Assembly: GCA_023431215.1 (NCBI GenBank)
Contig: JAEYXR010000048.1
Span: forward strand, 2,995 to 66,994
Origin: Bacillota bacterium
GTDB lineage: Bacteria; Bacillota; Clostridia; Oscillospirales; Ruminococcaceae
DNA: 64,000 bases
Reading direction: 5' to 3'
In this document: positions 29,989 to 40,283 of the stretch, one piece after another
Position numbering within the stretch: the first letter of the stretch is position 1
Layout: every line of letters begins with the position of its first letter
Notes under the pieces: model-generated
What the model saw: the letters and a program-made list of their open reading frames with translations, nothing else
The model's database searches: none
Told to the model about the DNA's origin: nothing
Program-made: the position numbers and the translations under genes

Positions 29989-31014
29989 TCACAGCTCCTT
30001 TCCAAAGGCCGCCATGAGGCGGGCAGTGTTTGCAACATCATCCATGTGGATGGTCTCCACCACGGTGTGCATATTACGCAGGGGGATAGAGAGCAAAGCG
30101 GTGGCGACACCTGCTCCTGCACCGGCAATGCCGTCGGCATCGGTGCCGGTACGTCCGCCCATGGCTTCAATTTGATAGGGGATACCGTCACGAACAGCCA
30201 GCTCCTTGAGGCGGTCGGTCATGGCATTGTTGAGCACAGGGGCAACACCAATCATGGGGCCGTCACCCATCTGCCCGCACTTCCAAGGCGCAACACCAAA
30301 GCCGTTGGCAAAAGAAACATCTACGGCAATGGCACAGTCGGGCGCCGAGGCAAAGGAAGCGGTGGAGGCACCAACGCCGCCAACCTCCTCCATAGAGGCC
30401 AGCGCAACGGTGATTTTTGCTCTGGGGGCAGCCTTGTGCAGCTCCTGCGCTGCCAGCAGCACTGCCACACAGCCAATGCGGTCGTCCATGGCACGGCTGC
30501 GTAGTAGGTTTTCTCCCAGCGCGGTTAATGGGCCGTCCAAGCTAATACTATCACCCGGAGTAAAAAGCTCCTTGGCATGGTCGGTGGTAAAGCCGGTATC
30601 TACAAGAATGTCTTCCATCTTCAAAGGCTTATCTTCACCTTCTACCAGGTGGGGGGGAACAGATGCCACCACAGCGGCATAATCACCGGAGGCGGTGTGG
30701 ACAGTAACGGGAGAAGCGGGAAGCAGGCGGCGGTCCAGCCCACCTACATTGGCCACGCGCAAAAAGCCGTCCTCCTCTACACGGGTGACCATCATGCCAA
30801 TTTGATCAAGGTGTGCCTCCAGCATGAGGTGGGGAGCGTTGGGCTGACCCTCATTGATGGTGCAGAGCACGCTGCCCAGGGGGGAAAGTTTGGGCTGGCC
30901 CAAAGGCCGCAGCAGTTCTATTGCAGCCTGTGCGGCACCGTCCTCGCGGCCGGCAACGCCCATGGCCTGAGTGAGCTGTTGCGCCATAGCCTGAATGGAT
31001 TGGTAGTCTGTCAT
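29989..31014 (-). CDS. M42-family metallo-aminopeptidase (second paralog)
   Basis: EAHLDQIG, AMDDRIG, EEVG, GTDAD, RNMHT. Confidence 0.9.
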   Translation of the reverse strand: MTDYQSIQAMAQQLTQAMGVAGREDGAAQAAIELLRPLGQPKLSPLGSVLCTINEGQPNAPHLMLEAHLDQIGMMVTRVEEDGFLRVANVGGLDRRLLPASPVTVHTASGDYAAVVASVPPHLVEGEDKPLKMEDILVDTGFTTDHAKELFTPGDSISLDGPLTALGENLLRSRAMDDRIGCVAVLLAAQELHKAAPRAKITVALASMEEVGGVGASTASFASAPDCAIAVDVSFANGFGVAPWKCGQMGDGPMIGVAPVLNNAMTDRLKELAVRDGIPYQIEAMGGRTGTDADGIAGAGAGVATALLSIPLRNMHTVVETIHMDDVANTARLMAAFGKEL

Positions 31015-31171
31015 GGTACAAACTCCTTTTTACTATAGTGTGGCAGTGCCGGGCAATTTAAAGGATACGGACAAACCGGTTTAAAAACTGCGGCATTGCC
31101 TTGCAGAAAACGGGCGCGCTGCCGTGGGCCTGGGCCCGCCGGTCGCACGCGCCGTGTTTGGGTACGTCGAT

Positions 31172-32563
31172 TTATGTTAAGTCGTTTACCAGCTTTTTAA
31201 AGTGGCAGCCTCTTGCCTCAAAGTTGGGGTAATGGTCAAAGCTTGCGCTGGCGGGAGAAAGAGAGACCACATCACCGGCAGAGGCAGCGCTGCGTGCTTT
31301 GTTCAGCGCGTCGGAAAGGTCGTCGGCACGGATGATGGTAAGGCCGCTTTCTTTAAAACCGGGGCAGTTTTTTACAGCTTCCTCAATTTTGGGTGCGGTG
31401 TCACCGGTAAGAACCAGTGTTTTTACATGCTGCAAAACCTCCGGTGCCAGAGGCTCATAAGGAATGTGCTTGTCATAACCGCCGGCAATCACAATAATTT
31501 TTTGCCCAAAGGAACGAAGCCCTGCAATGGTACGGGTGGGACTGGTGGCAATGGAGTCATTGTAGTACTTTACACCATCCAGCTCACGAATAAACTCAAT
31601 GCGATGCTCCACGCCGCCAAATTCATGGGCTACTTTAATCATGGTTTCCTTGGATACCAGGCCCCATACGGCAGAAATGGCAGCCAAATAGTTTTCTACG
31701 TTGTGCATACCGGGCAGGAGAATATCCTCCGCAGTCATCAGGCGGGTTTGGCTGTCGTTGATGGAGTACCAGATGACATTGTTTTTATCCATCCATGCAC
31801 CCTGCTGCACCGCACGCAGTCGGGAGAACTGGCCAAGCCTTCCACGAACTTTATCGGAGAAGGCATTGGTGATGCGGTTGTCTGCGTTAAGAACAGTTTT
31901 GGAAAAACCATTTTGATGTAAGAAAATATTGGTTTTGGCTTCAATGTACTCTTCCATGGATTTGTGCACATCCAGGTGGTTGGGAGCTACATTGGTAATC
32001 ACCGAAATATCGGGGCTTTGACGCATAGAAATCAGCTGGAAGCTGGAAAGCTCCACCACAGCATAGTCGGTGGGGTCCACAGATTCAATTTCCGGCAGAA
32101 GTGCGCGGCCAATGTTCCCACCCAAATGCACCTTTTTGCCCTCGGCACGGAGCATCTCGGCAATAAGGGTGGTGGTGGTGGTTTTGCCGTCGCTGCCGGT
32201 TACACCAATAATTGTGCAGGGGCAAAGGTCAAAAAACACTTCCATCTCGCTGGTAACAATGCAGCCCGCTTTACGAGCCACCACCAGCTCGGGAGTAAAG
32301 TAGTTTAGCCCCGGAGTACGGAAGATAATATCTCCGCGCAGACGGTTTAAATACTTGGGGCCAAGCTCCAGGCGTGCACCGGCGGCCTCCAGCTCGTCAC
32401 AGACCGGGCCCAAGGCTTCACGGGTACGTCTATCGTAGGCGGTTACATCCAAGCCCTTACCGGCCAGCATTTTAATCAGTCCAATATGGCTCACACCGAT
32501 TCCAATTAAGGCAATTTCTTTTCCTTTTAAATTATCAAAAAATACTGAGGCTTTGGTTGCCAT
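31172..32563 (-). CDS. murD: UDP-MurNAc-L-Ala:D-glutamate ligase
   Basis: GVTGSDGKTTT, GGNIG, VELSSFQL, NHLD, NDSIAT, SPASASFD. Confidence 0.96.
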   Translation of the reverse strand: MATKASVFFDNLKGKEIALIGIGVSHIGLIKMLAGKGLDVTAYDRRTREALGPVCDELEAAGARLELGPKYLNRLRGDIIFRTPGLNYFTPELVVARKAGCIVTSEMEVFFDLCPCTIIGVTGSDGKTTTTTLIAEMLRAEGKKVHLGGNIGRALLPEIESVDPTDYAVVELSSFQLISMRQSPDISVITNVAPNHLDVHKSMEEYIEAKTNIFLHQNGFSKTVLNADNRITNAFSDKVRGRLGQFSRLRAVQQGAWMDKNNVIWYSINDSQTRLMTAEDILLPGMHNVENYLAAISAVWGLVSKETMIKVAHEFGGVEHRIEFIRELDGVKYYNDSIATSPTRTIAGLRSFGQKIIVIAGGYDKHIPYEPLAPEVLQHVKTLVLTGDTAPKIEEAVKNCPGFKESGLTIIRADDLSDALNKARSAASAGDVVSLSPASASFDHYPNFEARGCHFKKLVNDLT

Positions 32564-32757
32564 GCTGCCTATCTCCATTTCAACTTATTAATTTGTACGG
32601 GGCCAAACCCTGTAAAAATGCCAAATTACCACATATACATTATAGTTTGAGTGTAGGCAATTTTCAACGGCCTTATCATTGTTTTTATAAAAGTTTGTAT
32701 AGGTTTACACACGAATGGGACCCATGCTGCAATTTTTGATTTTTTTATTAAAAAGTG

Positions 32758-32786
32758 TTGACAGAAGTACAACCCGATGATATAAT
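32758..32786 (+). promoter_or_regulatory. Consensus SigA promoter for tRNA-Leu(CAG)
   Basis: TTGACA, 17 nt, TATAAT, with an extended TG. Confidence 0.88.
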
Positions 32787-32826
32787 GAACAAGCTGTTTC
32801 GGTTACGGAGCAGAAAAACAAAATAT

Positions 32827-32913
32827 GCGGATATGGCGGAATTGGCAGACGCGCTAGATTCAGGTTCTAGTGGTTGCAAGACTGTGCAGGTTCAAGTCCT
32901 GTTATCCGCACCA
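32827..32913 (+). tRNA. tRNA-Leu (CAG)
   Basis: Anticodon arm CTAGA TTCAGGT TCTAG, long variable arm, encoded CCA. Confidence 0.96.
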
Positions 32914-33465
32914 AACTAAAGTGGCTTAAACATTAGGTTTAGGTCACTTTTTCTTTTATTTTCAGAACTATGATAATCTCCAATTACGAGCCAGTATCTA
33001 AAGAATATCTAACCATCTGAGATAATCTGTTAGCAATAGTACACGTCTTCTTTTAAACTTGTACTCTTGATGTTTTTTATGATAGAAAATTCCATGATGA
33101 TGAAGATTGTCGGTATAGCATACAAGCAAATAGAAATGAATCCAAGGAGGGTTAAAGCAGAAGGGTTAAAGCGATTTTATTTGAAAGAAGTTAAAAAATA
33201 CGGACAATTTGCAGAATTAATCTATAGTAAAAAATAATTTATCTCAACTTAAAAAACTTACTTTTATAAAGAACATGGTTTCTTCCGTATAAAAAGCCCT
33301 GCCGCCAGTTATGGCTACAGGGTTTTTTCATATGTATAAAAGTTAAATTTAATAGGTTTGTCCGAATAAATTTTGTCGAAAATGCTTGAAATAATAAGAG
33401 TTCCTGTTATAATTATAGCTAAGGTAGTTGCCTATCTATATTAAAAACTGAAGAAGGTGCGTATT

Positions 33466-33840
33466 ATGGGAAAGTTTGTGATTAAGGAAACCAAAACAGG
33501 CGTTAAGTTTGACCTAAAAGCCACAAACGGGGAGGTTATCATTACTTCCGAGATATACAGTTCTGAGGCTGCCTGCAAAAATGGTATTGAAAGCGTGCGT
33601 AAAAACGCTCCTATTGCTCATTTGGAGGATCAAACCGCAGAAGGATTTGAGGCGCAGAGCCATCCTAAGTTTGAGCTGTATAAAGACAAGGCCGGTGAAT
33701 TTCGTTTCCGCCTGAAGGCACGCAACGGTGAGATTATTGCTGTGTCCGAAGGGTATACCTCCAAAAGTGGTGCCAACAATGGTATTGAAAGCGTCCGCAA
33801 AAATGCACCCGACGCTGATGTTGTGGCGGCAGAAGACTAA
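33466..33840 (+). CDS. YegP/DUF1508 family protein (two repeats)
   Basis: Duplicated F.LKA.NGE.I..SE.Y.S....NGIESVRKNAP. Confidence 0.92.
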   Translation: MGKFVIKETKTGVKFDLKATNGEVIITSEIYSSEAACKNGIESVRKNAPIAHLEDQTAEGFEAQSHPKFELYKDKAGEFRFRLKARNGEIIAVSEGYTSKSGANNGIESVRKNAPDADVVAAED

Positions 33841-33870
33841 CATACTATAAAACTTTATTAGTTACCAATT

Positions 33871-33910
33871 ATACAAAAATGACCCGTCCTAGGACGGGTC
33901 ATTTTTGTAT
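33871..33910. terminator. Perfect 40-bp palindrome, bidirectional terminator
   Basis: ATACAAAAATGACCCGTCCT/AGGACGGGTCATTTTTGTAT. Confidence 0.85.
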
Positions 33911-34018
33911 TGCATAAGGCGCAGAAAGCACACCCATGCCACCATGGAATAAAACACCTAGTATCTGTTTATTCTTCCATTTTTTTAATTTACTGTACAG
34001 TGATTGGAACAAGCAGTT

Positions 34019-35416
34019 TTACGACTGTGAAGCAGGGTACCACTTTCCTCTTGAAAAACGCCTGTAGCATACAAATCCGCAGAAGCAAAGGTCCATCAGC
34101 ATAGCCACCCATACCCAGCCAAGCCCCAACTTCAAAACAAAGGTAAAGAAACAGGCAGAGGCAATGCGAATACCCCACACACCAACCAGGTTAATGTAAA
34201 AGGGCCAGCGGGAATCGCCCGCTCCGCGGAGTGCACCGGAATAAATGATGAAAAAGGCCTGCATAGGCTGCGCAAAGGCCACAATTTTCAGCAGCATGCT
34301 GCCCAATGCAACTACCTCCTGGTCGGGGGTAAAAAACAGAATTAAGTAGCGCGAGCCAAAAAACAGGGTTGTCCCCGTGAGTATCATGCAAATAAGTCCC
34401 ATTCTTGCGGCGATGTTACCAAAGCGCCGGGCATCTTCTTTTAGCCCCGCTCCCACAGCCTGTCCCACAAGAGTGGTTGCTGCCACCGAAAAACCAAAGG
34501 CAGGCAGGTAAGAAAGACTTTCGGCCTGAACAGCCAGATGATGCGCCGCCAAAGCGTTGGTACCCATGGTGGCAACAATGCGGATAAAAGCTACCTGTCC
34601 CAGGGCAAGGGTGGCACGCTCCAAAGCAACAGGCACTCCCAAATGAGCGGTGCGCTGTAAGATTTTTTTGTCATACCCCTTTAAATGATCCCATTCCAGA
34701 GAAAGCCCAAAGCGGCTTCCCCGCATGGAATAAAGCACCATCATTGCTGCTACAACAATAGAAATTGCAGTGCCCCAGGCTGCACCCGCTACCCCCATGC
34801 CCAGGCCGGGCATGGTAATGGTGTTTGTGCCAATGGTAACAGGGCGCGTGGGATAAATCAGAAAGTAGTTTAAAATGATGTTTAAAACAATGGTGGAGGC
34901 ATTGGCAATCATAGGAGCCCTTGTGTTGCCCATACACCGCAAAATTGCCGAAAACACCATCAAAACACCATCCGCCACCAAAGAGTAGCCCACAATACGC
35001 AAGTATACCGATGCCATAGGTACAATGTCAGGGTCTGCCCCCAGCATGCCCGGCAAAGCGGGCGCGAGCAGAACGGTAATAATGGTTAACACGCCTCCCC
35101 CCACAACGGCGCAGCTAAAGGATTGGCGAATCACCCGGCGTGCGGCTTCATAATCTTCGGCACCAATGGCCTGTGCCACCTGGACCGAAAGCCCCATGGC
35201 AAGGGCAGCAATCAGGCCGTTTGTCAGCCATAGCACAGGGGTTACAACACCAACGGCAGCGGTGGCACTGGCACCCAGTGCCGCCACCATGGCAGTATCA
35301 GCAAACTGAAAAATAGTAAAAGCAATTTGCTCCAAAATTGAAGGCCACGAAAGCTTTAATACGGTAGAGGTTGGGGTTTTGCCAAGTGTCAACACATTGG
35401 CGGTGGGTTTGTTCAT
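34019..35416 (-). CDS. MATE-family efflux transporter
   Basis: About 12 TM helices; DTAMV..LG, RCMGNT, GALRGAGD. Confidence 0.92.
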   Translation of the reverse strand: MNKPTANVLTLGKTPTSTVLKLSWPSILEQIAFTIFQFADTAMVAALGASATAAVGVVTPVLWLTNGLIAALAMGLSVQVAQAIGAEDYEAARRVIRQSFSCAVVGGGVLTIITVLLAPALPGMLGADPDIVPMASVYLRIVGYSLVADGVLMVFSAILRCMGNTRAPMIANASTIVLNIILNYFLIYPTRPVTIGTNTITMPGLGMGVAGAAWGTAISIVVAAMMVLYSMRGSRFGLSLEWDHLKGYDKKILQRTAHLGVPVALERATLALGQVAFIRIVATMGTNALAAHHLAVQAESLSYLPAFGFSVAATTLVGQAVGAGLKEDARRFGNIAARMGLICMILTGTTLFFGSRYLILFFTPDQEVVALGSMLLKIVAFAQPMQAFFIIYSGALRGAGDSRWPFYINLVGVWGIRIASACFFTFVLKLGLGWVWVAMLMDLCFCGFVCYRRFSRGKWYPASQS

Positions 35417-35729
35417 ATAAAAAATCCTTTCAGACCAGGTGTTTTTTAAAAAAGCGTAAGGAGTAATCTATCTTTATGGCATAGCACACACTGTTGGTAC
35501 TTTTTGATTGTTACATTGTCTTTCTTCGGTGCTGATGCTGATATTAGCGTTCCCAAAACCAATAAAAAAGCCACCGAAAAATATCAAAATTAACGAGTAC
35601 ACACAATAGTATTTTATCATGGGTGTAAGGAGGAAACAAGGCCGGAGGTTTACAAGGTGCTTATGTTGGAGTAAAATATGGGCTGATATGTTATAAAAGC
35701 AAGACTGTCACAAGCAGGAGGATTTACCA

Positions 35730-36413
35730 ATGGGCTATGGCTATTTTATCTACGATTTAGATGGCACGGTGCTGGATACCTCTCCCGGTATCCTTGCCAC
35801 CTTACGTCAAACAGAAGAGGCCCTGGGTATCGCTCCACTGCCCTTTGAAACCCTGCTTAAATTTGTTGGGCCACCGCTGATAGAGTCCTTTGCAACCTAT
35901 TACGGTGCCAACCAGGAGCAAAGCAAGCTCATGGTAGATACTTACCGTGGCATTTACCTTAAAACCGGTGTTACCAATGCCAAAATATACGACTTTATGA
36001 CAGAAGGGCTGGAGTTTGCACGGAAAAACGGAGCCAAAACTGCCATAGCCACACTGAAATATGAAAAGATGGCAAGGCTAAACTTAGATGCTTTTGGCTT
36101 GTCAGGCTATTTCGACTTTGTGGCGGGACAGCGTGAGGGGGAGGAAATCAGCAAAGCCCGAAGTATTACAGAATGCCTGAAAGCGCTGAACTGCACCGAT
36201 AAAAGCAAAGCGGTATTTATTGGTGACAGCCGCTATGACGGCATTGGAGCCATGGAAGCGGGGGTAGATTTTGTGCCCCTTACCTATGGCTTTGGCTTTG
36301 CCGACCCGGAAAGTCTTTGTGGAATACCTTTTGTGGCAAAAGCAGCTACTCCCAAGGATTTATTTGATTTTATTGTTGCAACCTGCCAAAAACAGGAAGT
36401 CCTACATGTTTAA
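35730..36413 (+). CDS. HAD-superfamily phosphatase (subfamily IA)
   Basis: DLDGTVLDT, VGPPL, FIGDSRYD. Confidence 0.88.
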   Translation: MGYGYFIYDLDGTVLDTSPGILATLRQTEEALGIAPLPFETLLKFVGPPLIESFATYYGANQEQSKLMVDTYRGIYLKTGVTNAKIYDFMTEGLEFARKNGAKTAIATLKYEKMARLNLDAFGLSGYFDFVAGQREGEEISKARSITECLKALNCTDKSKAVFIGDSRYDGIGAMEAGVDFVPLTYGFGFADPESLCGIPFVAKAATPKDLFDFIVATCQKQEVLHV

Positions 36414-36622
36414 AATGAATAAATTGTAAAAAAAAGAAAATACTAAAGCCTGATGCAATAAAAAAGAAAAAAAGCGACACATATCCTGTGCAACCCTTGT
36501 TTGGGACATCTCTGGCAACTCCTTGCAATTCACCGTAATCGCTTTCCGTATTCTTTTATGAAAGCATCAAAAAATACTTAGAATTGCCTGGTAATGCCCT
36601 AAAAAAGAAAGGTTTTGTAACT

Positions 36623-37159
36623 ATGATGAAACGAATTGTAGCTTTGGTACTTTGTACAATGATGGCAATGACCGCGGTGGCTTGCGGCGGCGGAAGCGGA
36701 AGTTCTTCCTCCAGCAGCCAGGCTCCTGCTGTTCCTACCCTGAAGGAGGGTGTCACCCTCTCCTCTATGATTGACAGCCTGAGCCAGGAGTATGAAATTA
36801 CCATGCCTGCTGCCCTGGATGACCAGATTATGAAGGACATGATGAATATTGACCCTGCCGACGTAGAAGAGTATGCCGGATATATGAGCATGGTTATGAC
36901 CAGTGCAGACAACCTGATTGGTGTTAAGGCCAAGGAAGGCAAGCTGGATACTGTCAAGGCCGGTCTTGAAAGCCGCCTGGAATTTGTCAGAAAGTCTTTT
37001 GAGCAGTATCTCCCAAGTGAAAAAGAAAAATCCGGCGCAGGTAAAGTGTTTACCGTTGGCGACTATGCATTCCTTGTCATTGCAGGACGCATGGATAAGG
37101 ACCCCGCCACCGAAATTGCCGAAATTGAAGAAAAAATTATGGAAAACTTTAATAAGTAA
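36623..37159 (+). CDS. DUF4358-family lipoprotein
   Basis: Lipobox AVAC, Ser linker, IDPADVEEY..AD..VKAK..FEQYLP..GDY; sits upstream of an MBOAT gene. Confidence 0.75.
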   Translation: MMKRIVALVLCTMMAMTAVACGGGSGSSSSSSQAPAVPTLKEGVTLSSMIDSLSQEYEITMPAALDDQIMKDMMNIDPADVEEYAGYMSMVMTSADNLIGVKAKEGKLDTVKAGLESRLEFVRKSFEQYLPSEKEKSGAGKVFTVGDYAFLVIAGRMDKDPATEIAEIEEKIMENFNK

Positions 37160-37337
37160 AAACTTAAAAAGCCAAAGGGCTGCTGCTGAAGAGCAGCGGC
37201 TCTTTTTTGCGGCAAATCACTTGGAGAATTCTCCCAAACCTGCTACAATATAGGACGATACATTTAAATATTCTAAAATAACAGAAATTTTGCTGCTTAT
37301 GCAGCAAAAAAAGGAAACACATACGGAGGAGCCCATT

Positions 37338-38726
37338 ATGGTATTCAGCAGCCTGTTGTTTTTGGCTCGTTTTTTGCCCATGACCATGCTGGTCTATTAT
37401 CTTACACCACGTCGATATAAAAATTTTGTGCTGCTGGTAGCCAGCCTCATCTTCTATTCGTGGGGAGAGGTTCGTTATTTTCCCATTATGGCGGCTTCTA
37501 TCCTGGTAGATTTTATTGCCTCTAACGGCATAAAAAAATCGGGTGACAACACTACCCGCCGCCGCGGATGGCTGCTGGTGTCTGTTGTGTTTAATCTTGG
37601 TATGCTGTTCTTCTTTAAGTATACTGACTTCTTTATTCAAAACATCAACTCGCTCTTCAGCCTGTCCATTCCCTATTTAAAGCTGACACTGCCGTTGGGC
37701 ATCAGCTTTTATACCTTCCAGACCATGTCTTACACCATCGATGTTTACCGGGGCAAGGTGGAAGCTGAAAATAATATTGTTGACTTTGGCGCCTTTGTGG
37801 CGCTGTTCCCCCAGCTGATAGCAGGCCCTATTGTGCGCTATACCGACGTAAACCGTGAGCTGCGTGACCGTGAGGTAAATCCGGCTCAAATTCAGGACGG
37901 CGTCAAAGACTTTGTACTGGGTCTGGGACGTAAGGTACTGATTGCCAATAACATTGGTGCTTTGTGGACCCAGGTGGAGGCTATGAATTACACCGATATT
38001 TCCACCCCCCTTGCCTGGCTGGGCATACTGGCATTTTCTCTGCAAATTTACTTTGATTTCTCCGGCTATTCTCTAATGGCCATTGGCCTTGGCAAAATGC
38101 TGGGCTTTAACTTCCCTCAAAACTTTAATAACCCTTATATCAGCCGCAGTGTCACCGAGTTTTGGCGTCGCTGGCATATGACACTGGGCTCCTGGTTTCG
38201 GGAATACCTGTATATCCCCCTGGGCGGCAACCGCTGCTCCAAGTCCCGCAATATGTGGAACCTGTTTGTTGTTTGGGCTGCCACCGGTTTTTGGCATGGC
38301 GCCAGCTGGAACTTTGTGCTTTGGGGCCTTTACTTCTTTGTATTTTTGGTCATTGAAAAGAACTTCCTGCTGCCTTACCTCAATAAACCCACCTTACTTT
38401 CCGGGGTTCTCAGCCGCGTCTATATCATTCCGTTGCTGCTCATCAGCTGGACGTTGTTTGCCATTACCGACTTTGCCAAGCTGGGAGACTTTTTCCACAC
38501 CATGTTTGTGTGGCAGGGCGGAAACGACTGGATGTATTACCTGCGCAACTATGTGGTGGTACTTGTACTTGGCATTCTGCTCTCCACCCCCATCTTATCC
38601 AAAATCAACGACAGGCTGGGACGTTTGGGCTGGCTGCAATATGTGTTTTATGGTGTCATTACGGTGGTGTCGGTGGCGTATCTGGTGGATGCCACCTACA
38701 ACCCCTTCCTGTATTTCCGTTTTTGA
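37338..38726 (+). CDS. MBOAT O-acyltransferase (AlgI/PatA-like)
   Basis: LPLGISFYTFQ, FPQLIAGPI, FDFSGYS, EFWRRWH, WHGA, YNPFLYFRF. Confidence 0.93.
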   Translation: MVFSSLLFLARFLPMTMLVYYLTPRRYKNFVLLVASLIFYSWGEVRYFPIMAASILVDFIASNGIKKSGDNTTRRRGWLLVSVVFNLGMLFFFKYTDFFIQNINSLFSLSIPYLKLTLPLGISFYTFQTMSYTIDVYRGKVEAENNIVDFGAFVALFPQLIAGPIVRYTDVNRELRDREVNPAQIQDGVKDFVLGLGRKVLIANNIGALWTQVEAMNYTDISTPLAWLGILAFSLQIYFDFSGYSLMAIGLGKMLGFNFPQNFNNPYISRSVTEFWRRWHMTLGSWFREYLYIPLGGNRCSKSRNMWNLFVVWAATGFWHGASWNFVLWGLYFFVFLVIEKNFLLPYLNKPTLLSGVLSRVYIIPLLLISWTLFAITDFAKLGDFFHTMFVWQGGNDWMYYLRNYVVVLVLGILLSTPILSKINDRLGRLGWLQYVFYGVITVVSVAYLVDATYNPFLYFRF

Positions 38727-38744
38727 TGAAAGGAGCCGATAACA

Positions 38745-39920
38745 ATGGAAAAAATGAAACAACTAAAACAATATCCGCTCCTGATTGCGTTTGCGGCTTT
38801 TATTTTGGTGCTGTTTGTTGCGGACATGCTCTGCTTTGGCCGGGAATATTCCGAGTTGGAAAACCGTTTTTTAAAGCAGAGGCCTAAATTCTCTGTAAAA
38901 TCTCTTATTAGTAACGAATATACCATGAAGTACGAGGAATTTATCAACGACCAGTTTGTGGGAAGAGACCAGTGGATTACCATCAAATCGGTCTCGGAGT
39001 CGGTGCTAGGTAAAATTGAAAATAACAACGTGGCCTACGGCAAGGATGATTATATGTTTGAAAAGGCTCCCACCGTGGACGAAAAGACCCTGTGGAACAA
39101 TGTTGGGTTTGTGCAGAAGTTTTTAGAAAGCTACCCCGGCCATGTTACCTTTGGCATCATCCCCAACTCTTACCAAGTGCTTAACCACAAAACCCCCGTC
39201 AGTTTTCCCGGTGCAGACCAAGCAGCTTATATTCAGGAAATTTACAGCCGTATTGGTACAAGCGCTCAAACGGTAGATTTGCTGAGTGCCATAAGCGCCC
39301 ACAAAAATGAATATATCTATTACAAAACCGACCACCACTGGACTACCCTGGGTGCCTGGTATGGCTATCAGGCATATGCCCAGAGTCTGGGCATACAATA
39401 TGCTACTTTGGAGGAGCTGGCTTCGTATCTCCATCAGGTTCCGGACTTTTTGGGCACCTACTTCAGCAAGGGCAAAAAGTTTGATGCACAAAAGGACACC
39501 ATTACCTGGTACGATATTCCCGTTGGGGAAGTAACCATCGACGGCAAAACTACTGTAATGGATACCGATAAAAATCAAATTCCTGTAACCGGGCTGTATG
39601 ACCACAGCAAATGGGCTGTAAGAGATAAATACGCGGCCTTTATGTACGGCAACAACGGGCTGACTTTCATTCCGTCCAACAACAATAAAAATCATGTTGA
39701 CGGAAAGGTGAGCAGGGTTTTGCTCATTAAAGATTCTTATGGAAACAGCATGGCTCCTTTTCTAACCTACAGTTACGACGAAGTATACGTGGTAGACCTG
39801 CGCAGCCTCCCGGAAAAAATGAGTGATCTGCTGGCACGGGTACAATTTGATGACGTTTTAATACTGTATAATTTTCAAAGCTTTGAAATGGATAAAAATA
39901 TTGCCCGGCTGACATACTGA
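38745..39920 (+). CDS. DHHW-family protein (AlgJ/PatB-like O-acetyltransferase partner)
   Basis: N-terminal TM, ENR, YYKTDHHWT, IKDSYGN. Confidence 0.88.
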   Translation: MEKMKQLKQYPLLIAFAAFILVLFVADMLCFGREYSELENRFLKQRPKFSVKSLISNEYTMKYEEFINDQFVGRDQWITIKSVSESVLGKIENNNVAYGKDDYMFEKAPTVDEKTLWNNVGFVQKFLESYPGHVTFGIIPNSYQVLNHKTPVSFPGADQAAYIQEIYSRIGTSAQTVDLLSAISAHKNEYIYYKTDHHWTTLGAWYGYQAYAQSLGIQYATLEELASYLHQVPDFLGTYFSKGKKFDAQKDTITWYDIPVGEVTIDGKTTVMDTDKNQIPVTGLYDHSKWAVRDKYAAFMYGNNGLTFIPSNNNKNHVDGKVSRVLLIKDSYGNSMAPFLTYSYDEVYVVDLRSLPEKMSDLLARVQFDDVLILYNFQSFEMDKNIARLTY

Positions 39921-40283
39921 TATTTGGCAAAACAACAAGCAGTAACATAAAATATGCTGCTTGTTGTTTTTGCAGTTAAAGAAGCTGCGCCGGGTAAAAA
40001 CACCGCTTTGTGTGCATCTCACAGTCTTTATTGCGTTGATTTTTATGAATTATTGCTGCATCTTTGCTTCCTTTGTTGAAAGCTGCTCTGCTTTATGATA
40101 CAATTATTACAAAGTATTTTTGTGCTGGGCTTGTGCCAACCAGCAAGTTTTATTCCTTCTGCAGCAAATTATATTGCTTATACAACGGCAAAAACCTGTT
40201 AATGCGCACCCAATCAGGGCAAACAAGGGTCAACCCTTTTTTCCACGTTGGTGTCATATATCAGTATTTAGGAGGGAATTACC

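Noticed and set aside
36495..36555. ECF (SigV-like) promoter before the MBOAT module
   Set aside because: TGCAA...CGTA matches are weak and the spacing is ambiguous.
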